Origin: Chiloscyllium plagiosum | Taxonomy: Eukaryota | Assembly (NCBI RefSeq): GCF_004010195.1 | Contig: NC_057719.1 | Coordinates: 53,749,282 to 53,781,993, forward strand | DNA length: 32,712 nucleotides | Reading direction: 5' to 3' | Part shown: piece after piece, positions 13,200 through 23,397 of the stretch | Layout of the letters: every line of letters begins with the position of its first letter | Numbering within the stretch: position 1 is the first letter of the stretch | Position numbers and translations under genes: made by a program | Notes under the pieces: model-generated | Database searches by the model: none | Told to the model about the DNA's origin: nothing | What the model saw: the letters and a program-made list of their open reading frames with translations, nothing else

Positions 13200-13705
13200 A
13201 TTTATTAGCCTTCTAAACACTTCAGCAAAGATTCACCAGAGTTGTACCAAAGCTTCAGTGGTCAATTATAGAGGTTACATTAAATTTCCCCAGAAAATAA
13301 AACATTACAGAGTGATTTGATTGAGCTTTTTAAGAGTCTGGAAGAAATTGATACGGTGGGCAGAGAGAGAAATAAGTGGTATTGTTGATGGTGTGAGTTT
13401 GTGTGTGTATGGGGTGGGTGGGAATCTAAACAGGCAAGGCAGAAATCTTTAAATCAGGGCAAGGTGACTCAGGACAGAAGTTATTAAATCTTCCTTCATA
13501 AAATGTTGATAGCTTGTGGAACTTTTCGCATTAAAAAGATCAGCCAGAGGAATTAATAATTTTCAATCTGGAATTGATAAACTTTTCTGAGAGAAGAGCA
13601 GAAGAGGAGATGGTTCCAAGATGGAGTTAAGATACAGATACACTATGTTCTTGTTCAATGGCAGACAATATTGAGGAGATGAATTGTATTCTCCAGTTTC
13701 TCTAT
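13200..13705 (+). mobile_element. Old degraded CR1-group LINE 3' portion
   Basis: agcaaagattcaccaga (QRFTR), agtgatttgattgagctttttaag (DLIELFK), tgtggaact and a 3'UTR-like end. Confidence 0.6.
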
Positions 13706-14214
13706 CCGACAGCATTTGTCATTATTGACTTTCCACTAGTTACTCCTACTGGAGAAATAAACACAGATTGGCATATTTACAGAAGCAAAGATCTTGGGCT
13801 TTACCTTTCTCCACACCTTCACTCCTCACTAGGCAAGAAAAATGACAGAGAAATGTTTTAAAATAATCTCGGAAAATACAAAAAGTCCACATCTGTTCAC
13901 CTGTTCCTTGACGTATTTGTGCTTGCTTGCTATACCATTAATAGCAGTGATTCCATTTCTTGAGGAGGCGCCTGCTTAAAAAAAAGGTAGTGGTTTAAGT
14001 GGCATTGCAATGAATTAATTAGCTCATTGATGTAATGTTAATAGCAAACCAGGATAATTCCCATGCTATCTGGAGGACTCACATAGCTGGAAGAGAGCAA
14101 GTCAAAGGGCTCCATTTTCCCCATTGTTTAACAGTGTTTCTTTGAGTGAGATGCATCATGCTCGGTACACATGGCCCTTAGTGGCTTCCCTCATTTGCTT
14201 CACTTCAGACATTA

Positions 14215-14367
14215 CAAGCTAGGCACGGTTTCTCAGACAGAAAGGCAAGTTAATTACTTGGTTCTGAAGAAGAGCCATGCTGGAGTTGAAATGTTCATTC
14301 TGTTTCTATCTCCATACATGCTGCCAGACCTGCTGGGCTTTTCCAGCAATGTCTGTTTTTGTTGCTG
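14215..14367 (+). mobile_element. PLE-derived family A element with hammerhead core and partial inverted left arm
   Basis: gtt-ctgaaga-agagccatgctggagtt-gaaa-tgtt at 14261-14295, then atgctgccagacctgctgggcttttccagcaatgtctgtttttgtt. Confidence 0.7.
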
Positions 14368-14662
14368 CTGAGTTTCTTCATCACTTTCGGATTTTATTTA
14401 AGTTATCTCCTTGGCTCACTGACAAGAACCTTGAGTTGTTGCTGGATGGTGTGGTTCCGGGCAATGCATTGGCCTGCTGACTAGTAAAGAAAGCCACAAC
14501 TCCAGAATCAGACTGTTTGAATAGTAATAGTGGCCTGTGCCAGTGCAGTGTTCCTGGTGAAAAACGCAGTGCAAATTGATGTGTAAAAAAAAGTCAATGA
14601 TTTTCTTTGCTTCACAAGGTTAGGTGCCACCATATTCTCTCTGCTACCTCATGCTCCCAGGA

Positions 14663-14927
14663 CCATCACCATTCTAAATCTGTCACTGCCTACCAATGTC
14701 ACTAATGCTAATAGGACTATACCTCTTCCTATTGCGGGCATCATGTTTATTCAAAGTATTTTTCCCAAATGATGATACGAAAGTCGGAGGAGTTGTTGAC
14801 AGTGAGGAAGCATGTGGCCATCACCATTCTAAATCTGTCACTGCCTACCAATGTCACTAATGCTAATAGGACTATACCTCTTCCTATTGCGGGCATTATG
14901 TTTATTCAAAGTATTTTTCCCAAATGA
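14663..14927. repeat. 110-bp direct repeat pair flanking a 45-bp CR1 RT fragment
   Basis: 14663-14772 matches 14818-14927 with one mismatch; the spacer translates DDTKVGGVVDSEEAC. Confidence 0.92.
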
Positions 14928-15152
14928 CTAAGCTGAGGTGTCCTCCCTACTTCCTATTCGCTCACTGGTGACATGCTACCAGCTCTCCTGCTCCTACATC
15001 ACAACTAGTTCACTTTCATCCTTTGTTATCTCCTGCTCCTACATTACCATTTGTTGCACTTCCATCTTCTGTCATTTGTCTGACTGCAGGAGAAGCTGAC
15101 TCTCCCTCCACCACCTGATGTCTCCACAGCACACTGACCAAAATACTTGTAA

Positions 15153-15388
15153 TTCCTGGACTCTTTGCATTTAACCTGCGGGGCAGACGATGGCCATTCC
15201 CTGGACTGTTTTCATTTAACCTGCGGGGCAGACGATGGCCATTCCCTGGACTGTTTTTATTTAACCTGCGGGGCAGACGATGGCCATTCCCTGGACTGTT
15301 TTCATTTAAGCTGTGGGGCAGACGATGGCCATTCCCTGGACTGTTTTCATTTAACTTGCGGGGCTGATCATGGCCATTCACTGGACTG
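15153..15388. repeat. 45-bp minisatellite, about 5.2 copies
   Basis: Unit catttaacctgcggggcagacgatggccattccctggactgtttt starting at 15168, 15213, 15258, 15303 and 15348; no unique spacers. Confidence 0.95.
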
Positions 15389-15804
15389 AGATCAGACATG
15401 TCACTTGACCCACTGTGGTGATTACCCATGATTGCGCATAGTTCCCTTTGATCCCTTTAATGAAAATGTTTCCTTTGATTTTCACACATAGCTATTTGCT
15501 CAAAGACTATGCAGTGTATTTGTTACATAAGCTGCTAGCACATGTTTTAGGTGTGACATTTACATGCTTTATAGCATCATGTCTACCTTTTGATGGTTCA
15601 GTACTCCGAATTCTCACAAGCTGCCTGTGTCTCCCTATGCATAAAAAAGCAATGAAAGCCACAGAGGCTAGCAGACTTCATGCAAGTGCAAGGTGAAGGC
15701 ACACTAAGAAATGAAGCTAAGAGCTGTGAGATGCATTATGTCTAGATGCATGCAGTGCCCATGTGTCCCTGTTTGCAAAGTAATCTGACAGAAGCAAGCA
15801 AGCC

Positions 15805-18596
15805 ATGAGCTGGAGGGAGGGCTTCAGATATTTAGACCATTCAGATGCCTTCTGGGGAAGGTGGAACCTATATGAAGGATGGGTTGCACCTGAACTGGAA
15901 GGCACATGTCCTGGGTGGGAGATTCGCTTGTGTGGTTCAGGAGGGTTTAAACTAGCTTGGCAGGGGATAGAACAAAGGGATCAGTTAAAGTGTGTCTGTT
16001 TTAATGCAAGGAGTGTCAGAAATAAGAGTGATGAACTTAGAGCATGGATCAGTACTTGGGACAATGATATTGTGGCCATAACAGAGATGTGGGTTTCACA
16101 GGTGCAGCAATAGTTGCTAAATGTTACAGGGTTTGGAACATTTAAGAAGAACAGGGAGGGGGACAAAGAGGAGGGGGTGTGTCATTGCTAATCAGAGAGT
16201 GCATCACAGCTATAGAAATGAAGGTTGTTGAGGAAGGTTTATATACTCAGTCAGTATGTGTGGAAGTTGGGAACAGCAAGGGAGCAGTCACCTCATTGGG
16301 AGTCTTCTACAGACCCCCTAATAGCAGTAGGGAGATTGAAGAACTCATAGGCCGGCAGATTTTGGAAAGGTGCAGATGTAGCAGGGTTGTTGTTATGGGT
16401 GACTTCAACTTTCCAAATATTGACTGGAACCTCCTTAGTGCAGATGGTTTGGGTGGAGCCATTTTTGTCAGGTGTGCTCAGGAGCGTTTCCTTACTCAGT
16501 ATATAAAGACAGGCCGATGAGGGGAGAGGTCATTTTGGATTTGGTGCTTGGTAATGAACCAGGACAGGTGTCAGATCTCATGGTGGGAGAACACTTTGCT
16601 GACAGTGAACACAAATGCCTCACATTTACCATAACAATGGAGAGGGAAAGGAGCAGTCATCATGGGAAAAAATATATTTGGGGCAAAGGAAATTATGAAG
16701 CTATCAGCCAGGAGTTGGGAAGTACAGATTGGGAGCAATTGTTCCACAGGAAGGGCACAGCAGAGATGTGGAGACTGTTTAAGGAGCAGTTGTTGCGGGT
16801 GATGCATAGATTTGTTCCTCTGAGACAGGTAAGAAGAGGTAAGATTAAGGACCTTGGATGACGAGAACAGAGGAGCTTTTTGTCAAAAGGAAGAAGGCAG
16901 CTTACGTAAGGTGGAGGAAGCAAGAGTTCAGCACAGCTTTAGAGGATTATAGGCTTACTAGAAAGGAACTCAAANNNNNNNNNNNNNNNNNNNNNNNNNN
17001 NNNNNNNNNNNNNNNNNNNNNNNNNNNNNNNNNNNNNNNNNNNNNNNNNNNNNNNNNNNNNNNNNNNNNNNNNNNNNNNNNNNNNNNNNNNNNNNNNNNN
17101 NNNNNNNNNNNNNNATGAGGGGAGAGGCCATTTTGGATTTGGTGCTTGGTAATGAACCAGGACAGGTGTCAGATCTCATGGTGGGAGAACACTTTGCTGA
17201 CAGTGAACACAAATGCCTCACATTTACCATAACTATGGAGAGGGAAAGGAGCAGTCATCATGGGAAAAAATATAATTGGGGCAAAGGAAATTATGAAGCT
17301 ATCAGCCAGGAGTTGAGAAGTACAGATTGGGAGCAATTGTTCCACAGGAAGGGCACAGCAGAGATGTGGAGACTGTTTAAGGAGCAGTTGTTGCGGGTGA
17401 TGCATAGATTTGTTCCTCTGAGACAGGTAAGAAGAGGTAAAATTAAGGACCTTGGATGACGAGAATATAGGAGCTTTTTGTCAAAAGGAAGAAGGCAGCT
17501 TACGTAAGGTGGAGGAAGCAAGGGTTCAGCACAGCTTTAGAGGATTATAGGCTTACTAGAAAGGATCTCAAAACTGGACTGAGGAGTGTCAGGAGGGGGC
17601 ACGAAAAAGGCTTGGCAGGAAGGATTAGGGAGAACAGAAAGGCATTTTACTCAGACGTGAGGAATAAGAGAATAATCAGGGAGGATGGAGGGCTGATCAG
17701 GAATAGCATAGGGAACTTGTGCGTGGAGTCTGAGCAGATAGGGGAAGCCCTAAATGAGATTTTTGCTTCAGTTTTCACCAAGGAAAGGGAGCTTGTTGTA
17801 AATGAGAACTTTGAGGAGCGGAGAAACAGGCTTGAACAGATCGAGATTGATGAAGTTGATGTGCTGGAAATTTTGGTAACAATTAAGATTGATAAGTCCC
17901 CAGGGCCAGGCCATATTTATCCTAGGCTGCTCCGGGAAGTGAGAAAGGAGGTTGCTAAGCCACTGGCAAAGATCTTTGCTTCCTCACTCTCCACGGGAGT
18001 CGTATCGGAGGATTGGAGGGATGTGAATGTTATTCCTCTTTTAAAGAAGGGAAATAGCGAAATCCCAGCCAATTACAGACCAATCAGTCGTATGTCTGTA
18101 GTCAGCAGGTTTTTGGAAAAAATTCTGAGGGATAGGATTTATGACCATTTCGAAAAGCATAGCATGATTAATGGGAGGCAGCATGGCTTTGTGAAGGGCA
18201 GGTCATGCCTTACAAAACTTATTGAGTTATTTGAGAAAGTAACAGCAACAGGTTGACGAAGGTCGAGCAGTGGATGAGGTGTACATGGACTTCAGCAAGG
18301 CATTTGATAAGATTCCCCACAGTAGGTTCATTCATCAAGTCAGGAGGTATGGGATACAGGGAGATTTGGCTGTCTGGATTTACAATTGGTTGGCTGACAG
18401 AAGGCAGAGAGTGGTTGTAGATGGAAAGTATTCTGCCTGGAGGTCAGTGGTGAGTGGCATTCCGCAGGATTCTGTTCTTGGGCTTATGCTGTTTTTAGTT
18501 TTTATAAATGACTTGGATGAGGAGGTTGAGGGGTGGTTTCGTAGGTATGCCGATGACACAAAGGTTAGAGGTGCGGTTGATAGTATTGAGGGCTAT
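15805..18596 (+). mobile_element. CR1 LINE 5' part: end of ORF1 (SGNH esterase-like) plus ORF2 APE and RT, pseudogenised
   Basis: REGFRYLDH..FWGRWNLY; CFNARSVRNKSDEL..DIVAITE; VFYRPPN, MGDFNFPNIDW, LDLVL, NYRPIS, DFSKAFDK, YADDTK; breaks at DSIEGY. Confidence 0.95.
16975..17114. other. Assembly gap (140 N) flanked by a 458-bp near-identical duplication
   Basis: N run; 16517-16974 versus 17115-17572. Confidence 0.98.
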
Positions 18597-18854
18597 TAGA
18601 ACATAGAACATAGAAGAATACAGCGCAGTACAGGCCCTTCAGCCCTCGATGTTGCGCCGATCCAAGCCCACCTAACCTACACTAGCCCACTATCCTCCAT
18701 ATGCCTATCCAATGCCCGCTTAAATGCCCATAAAGAGGGAGAGTCCACCACTGCTACTGGCAGGGCATTCCATGAACTCACAACTCGCTGAGTAAAGAAC
18801 CTACCCCCAACATCTGTCCTATACCTACCACCCCTTAATTTAAAGCTATGCCCC
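18597..18854 (-). mobile_element. CR1 LINE 3' end (young subfamily with (tagaaca)n tail)
   Basis: tagaacatagaacatagaag...acaggcccttcagccctcgatgttgcgccga...ggcagggcattccatgaactcacaactcgctgagtaaagaac. Confidence 0.9.
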
Positions 18855-18865
18855 AAAGCTATGCA

Positions 18866-19130
18866 GAAGATAGGGAGAGGGGTCGGGTTAAGGAGTAAAT
18901 GATAGGTGGGGTTAGACCCAAAGAGAGAGAAGAGCAGTTAGAGTAGACAACTATTTGATTAGAAGGATGAATGTCTTCTAATGGGTTTTGCTATTGACTA
19001 ACAATGGGTTGTGTTTAATAGCAGACCAAGTGATGATGAGGTCTAGTGTGTGGTGGCTGTGGTAAAGGCAAGCCTTCAAGCTATTGAACTCGACATTGAC
19101 TTCAGAAGGCTGCAGGCTCCGCAAGCAGTT
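18866..19130 (-). mobile_element. Penelope-like element 3' remnant
   Basis: Minus translation CLRSLQPSEVNVEFNSLKA resembles the PLE endonuclease end LGTLQPSGLNIEFN, followed by 3'UTR-like sequence. Confidence 0.6.
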
Positions 19131-19689
19131 GTATGTTCATGCATTTTCCAGAAATATGTGGTCTTGTACAGAAATGGCAGGGTCGGTTTTAAGTGCACCA
19201 ATCATTACCCATACTGCCATCGCAGGAAATTCTGAGATGGCCCATCAAAGAAATGGATTTCTTTCTCATGTGCCAGTAATCAGCTTTTGAACATCAGTTG
19301 GCACTGCACCCTTCAATGTGTGAGTGACGAGAGCTCTGCAAACTTCTTGCAAAATGATTTTCTTCCATCTCTAGATGAGCCTGTCACCTTGGAGGATGAC
19401 CATTGTGTGGAGCCATTTTCAAAGCCACTTTTCTCAAATAGCGTCGGAGAGTGAAACAATCTCGAAGCATTGTACCTGTACCAGTTCTTCAAATAGACTC
19501 TTCCATCAGTCCTACCTCCTCTGCCCTTCCTGAAAACCACAAAGAGAATCAACTTCCAGTACCCTGTCAACCAATGCACCCCACACCATAGCAACTTGGT
19601 GCGTAAAAATAGTCACCTCATCTTCCATCTGGTTTATTTGCCACTGTCTTAAACCTCTGTTTTCTGATTATTTTCTCTCCAGCCAATGA

Positions 19690-19960
19690 GAACTTGCTTT
19701 CGTATTTATTCGACAAAATAATCCTTAATCACTTGAAAGCCTCTATTAACTCTCCTCTTTGCCCTCAGGAACAGCTTCAGCTCCATGTCCACCCCCCTAT
19801 CCCAGGAACGGTTTGAATAAATCTCTCTGTACTGCACCCTAGGCCCTGACTTCCTTCTGAAGCCTAACCAGTGATTTGCTAAAGTTTAGCAGAACTTCCT
19901 CACTTTTGTATTTTGTCCCCTACTTCATGAAGTTATAAAAAAACCATTTTTCTTTCCAAC
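19690..19960 (-). mobile_element. Old CR1-group LINE fragment
   Basis: cctctattaactctcctct, aataaatctctctgtac and gcctaaccagtgatttgctaaagtttagcagaacttcc resemble the reverse complement of the ORF2 C-terminus (LY..LVR, QRRF, GDLIE). Confidence 0.5.
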
Positions 19961-20120
19961 TATTGTCAAGATCCCAACATTGATGTCTGCATTCACATTG
20001 CTGCTGCCTGTACCTCCACAAACCCATGGCGTATAGGTCAGCAAGAGTCCAGGGTCTTTACCCCCTCTCTATCAGTCAGAATCATTTCACTTGGACTTTT
20101 TAATAACCTAGACAATATCA

Positions 20121-20430
20121 AAGTATTGCTGAGATAGAAACGTTTCATCTTGCACTCATCATGACACACATGAGAATATCAAATTTTAAAGGGAACGACA
20201 ATCCATGCAGCATGAGGAAGGGGTGTTGATTGGTTAGCAAGCCAAATAGTTCCTTGCTGCATTCTCCATGGTTATGTTATGACCAATCAGAACTTATATG
20301 TCTCCCAATCAGCACCTTTTACTCATACAGTCTAAACTGTTGCTTCATTGGAAATTTGGCACTCTTGCACTTTGTCCTGATGAGTACAGGATGAAAGACT
20401 TGAACAACACATCTCTTTCTTCAGTAATGT
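20121..20430. mobile_element. Palindromic PLE-derived element (family C) with two outward-facing hammerhead cores
   Basis: 20141-20233 is a diverged reverse complement of 20305-20398; tgtc-CTGATGA-gtacaggat-GAAA at 20373-20396 and the mirror copy at 20143-20166. Confidence 0.75.
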
Positions 20431-20456
20431 GCCAGTTCTGTATTTCCAACCAACTA

Positions 20457-20820
20457 CAGTAGCGCCTCGACTTACGAACTTAATCCGTTCCGGGACCCGG
20501 TTTGCGAACCGAAAAGTTTGCGAACTGAATCAATGTTTCCCATTGTTCGGATAGCGTAAGAATGCTTGGACGGCTGTTCACAGCGCGCGCGCCAAAGACG
20601 AACTGAATGAGATCACGCGGGGCCCGAGAGCTTTTGCGTTCGACAAGCGCATAGCAAAGTAGAACAATGAAACCACGTGGTCGCACATGGGCTTTTTGTG
20701 TTCGTACCTTCGTTCGTCTCTTGAATTTCGTACGTACGTTGAAGCAAAATTTTAAGTACAATCCTGTTCGTAAACCGATTTGTACGTGAACGGGGCCGTT
20801 CATACGTCGAGGCGCTACTG
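20457..20820. mobile_element. Tigger/pogo-type (Tc1/mariner superfamily) non-autonomous MITE
   Basis: TIRs cagtagcgcctcgacttacgaac / gttcatacgtcgaggcgctactg (21/23 match), TA on both sides (20455-20456, 20821-20822), 364 bp, CpG-rich. Confidence 0.93.
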
Positions 20821-21274
20821 TATTTGCAATCAGAACAGAATATTCTGAGCTCCAAATACGCACCTGACAATGTTCCCTCTTTCTGTGCAGGATTCCATCT
20901 GTTTTTTGGTTTGTTTTGTCTGGAATCTTTATCATTATAAAGGGTAGATAGACTCAGGATCACATATCTGCTCTTACCTGAGGGGTAATGCATTCAGCTC
21001 GTCCGCCTCCTTACAGAGGCTTTCCTAGAGCAGTAACAAACTACCACTGCAGCTCTGTTTTGTGAGCTGCAAAGCCCCACATGAAAGGACATTCCACCAT
21101 AAGGTGCATCACAACTGTCTAATTTGCAATAGTTACTATCCTAACAGATGGTACAATATCGTGATGAGGTCAATCTAACACAATCTGAGATTAATTAACT
21201 TAGTCTAGATCTTAATGAATCCATACTAGAGACAATAAAGGCAAATAAAGGGAAAAAAAGACTGAAGTTTATCA

Positions 21275-21490
21275 TTCAAAACCTCCAAATGTTCCAACAT
21301 AGTTGCCAGTGAATAATGTCCTTTTGATCTTTAGTTACTGTTGTAATGTAAGAAATGTGGCAGCTATTTAGTGCACAGCAATCTCCCACAAACAGAATTC
21401 TAACAAATGAACTGATAAGCTGTTTCAGTGATGTTGGAAAGGAATAAATGTTGAGCAAAGCACAGAGACCATTCTTGCTTTTCCGCAAAA
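21275..21490 (-). mobile_element. DeuSINE/SacSINE1-like SINE 3' portion
   Basis: actgttgtaatgtaagaaatgtggcagctatttagtgcacagcaatctcccacaaacag...tgatgttgg...ataaatgttg; similar to 4755-4870. Confidence 0.6.
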
Positions 21491-21500
21491 GAACAAGAAA

Positions 21501-21906
21501 NNNNNNNNNNNNNNNNNNNNNNNNNNNNNNNNNNNNNNNNNNNNNNNNNNNNNNNNNNNNNNNNNNNNNNNNNNNNNNNNNNNNNNNNNNNNNNNNNNNN
21601 NNNNNNNNNNNNNNNNNNNNNNNNNNNNNNNNNNNNNNNNNNNNNNNNNNNNNNNNNNNNNNNNNNNNNNNNNNNNNNNNNNNNNNNNNNNNNNNNNNNN
21701 NNNNNNNNNNNNNNNNNNNNNNNNNNNNNNNNNNNNNNNNNNNNNNNNNNNNNNNNNNNNNNNNNNNNNNNNNNNNNNNNNNNNNNNNNNNNNNNNNNNN
21801 NNNNNNNNNNNNNNNNNNNNNNNNNNNNNNNNNNNNNNNNNNNNNNNNNNNNNNNNNNNNNNNNNNNNNNNNNNNNNNNNNNNNNNNNNNNNNNNNNNNN
21901 NNNNNN
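21501..21906. other. Assembly gap (406 N)
   Basis: N run. Confidence 0.99.
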
Positions 21907-22187
21907 GCAGGGGGTCCCTGCACTGGTTGCTTCCTCCCAGTCCCCCTCACTGTCACCCATCTATCTGCCATCTTTGGAGTTACTACTTCCCTTACGCTCC
22001 GATCTATGACCCCCTCTGCCTCCCGAATGATCCTAAGTTCATCCAACTCCAGCTCCAGTTCCCTAACACGGTCTTGGAGGAGCTGGAGATGGGTGCACTT
22101 CCTGCAAGTGTAATCAGCAGGGATGACCATGGCATCCTTCACCTCAAACATGTTGCAAGAGGAACATTGCACTGCCTTCACTGCCAT
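21907..22187 (-). CDS. CR1 ORF1 N-terminus (CxxC..CxxC zinc finger plus coiled coil), open up to the gap
   Basis: MAVKAVQCSSCNMFEV...DYTCRKCTHLQLLQDRVRELELELDELRIIREAEGVIDRS...WVTVRG. Confidence 0.85.
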
Positions 22188-22578
22188 CCCTCTAAAAGTA
22201 ACCTTTTTTTTAAAAAAAACTGGGTCTAAAGAATAGAACAAGCAAAATGCAGCACTTACCTACTTACCACAACGGGTCTTATTATTAGGTTAGAGGAGGA
22301 GGGCGGATGGGAGACACTACCTCTGTAGTGCCTCAGGTTCCTCTCCTGCGCGCTTTAATAGGAAAAAAAACCTACCCAGGTAAGCTTGCGCTACACCAGC
22401 TTCCGGCTGCCCCTCTGTTCGTCGTCACTTCTCCCTGCTGCTCCCGCTCTTTCTGTGAAGAGAAAAAAAAACACCGCTGCCCGCTACCGGTAAGTAATTT
22501 TAAAACAAACTGTCTCACCTTAGCTGTAGCCTTCCGGGTTCCTTTAAACTCTGCTGCTGCTCGCACTCAAAAAAAAAA
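22188..22578 (-). promoter_or_regulatory. CR1 5'UTR / putative internal promoter
   Basis: CpG/GC-rich segment directly upstream of ORF1; ends where the plus-strand CR1 RT resumes. Confidence 0.65.
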
Positions 22579-23397
22579 TGACTGCAGCTCAACATTGACA
22601 GTATGCAGAGCAGGGCTGAGAAATGGCAGATGGAGTTCAACCTGGATAAATGCAAAGTGATGCATTTTGGAATGTTGAACTTGAATGCTGAAAATAGGAT
22701 TAAAGACAGGATTCTTAGCAGTGTAGAGGAACAGCAGAATCTTGGTGTGCAAGATCCCTCAAAATTGCCATCCAAGTGGATAGGGTTGTTAAGAAAGCAT
22801 ATGGTTTTTTGGCTTTCATTAACAGGGAGATCATGTTTAAGAGCTGCGAGGTTTTGCTGCGGCTCTACAAAATCCTGATGAGACCACACTTGGAATATTG
22901 TGTCCAGTTCTGGTCACCCTATTATAGGAAAGATGTGGAGGCTTTGGAGAGGGTGAAAATGAGATTTACCTGGACTGGAGGGCTGCTCTTACAAGGAGAT
23001 GTTGATTGAGCTTGGACTTTTCTCTCTGGAGAAAAGGAGGAAGAGAGGTGACCTGATCGCGGTGTACAAGGTAATGAGAGGCATGGATCAAGTCAATAGC
23101 CAGAGACTTTTCCCCAGGGCAAGATTAACTGCCATGAGGGGTCATAGTTTTAAGGTGTTAAGAGGAAGGGAAAGAGGGGTAGGCTGTTTACGCAGAAAAT
23201 TGTGAACAAATGGAATGCATTGCCAGCAGTGGTGGTGGAATTGGAGTCATTAGGGCCATTTAAGTGACTGCTGGACATGCACATGGATAGCAGTGAATTG
23301 CGGGGTGCATAGTTTAGGTTATTTTATTTTTAGATTAGCACAACATCATGGGCCTAAGGACCTGTACTGTGCTGTACTTTTTTATGTTCTATATTCT
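22579..23397 (+). mobile_element. CR1 LINE 3' part (continuation of 15805-18596)
   Basis: LQLNIDSMQSRAEKWQMEFNLDKC, RPHLEYCVQFWSP, RGDLIAVYK; ends gtactgtgctgtac..atgttctatattct. Confidence 0.92.

Noticed and set aside
15153..15388. CRISPR-like repeat array
   Set aside because: Head-to-tail units with no unique spacers, no cas genes, and a vertebrate context
20480..20935. 151-aa ORF as a transposase
   Set aside because: It crosses the MITE boundary and has no DDE or HTH motif; likely a chance ORF in CpG-rich DNA
21276..22241. 321-aa ORF and other ORFs containing X runs
   Set aside because: Artefacts of translating through N gaps; only the CR1 ORF1 part is meaningful
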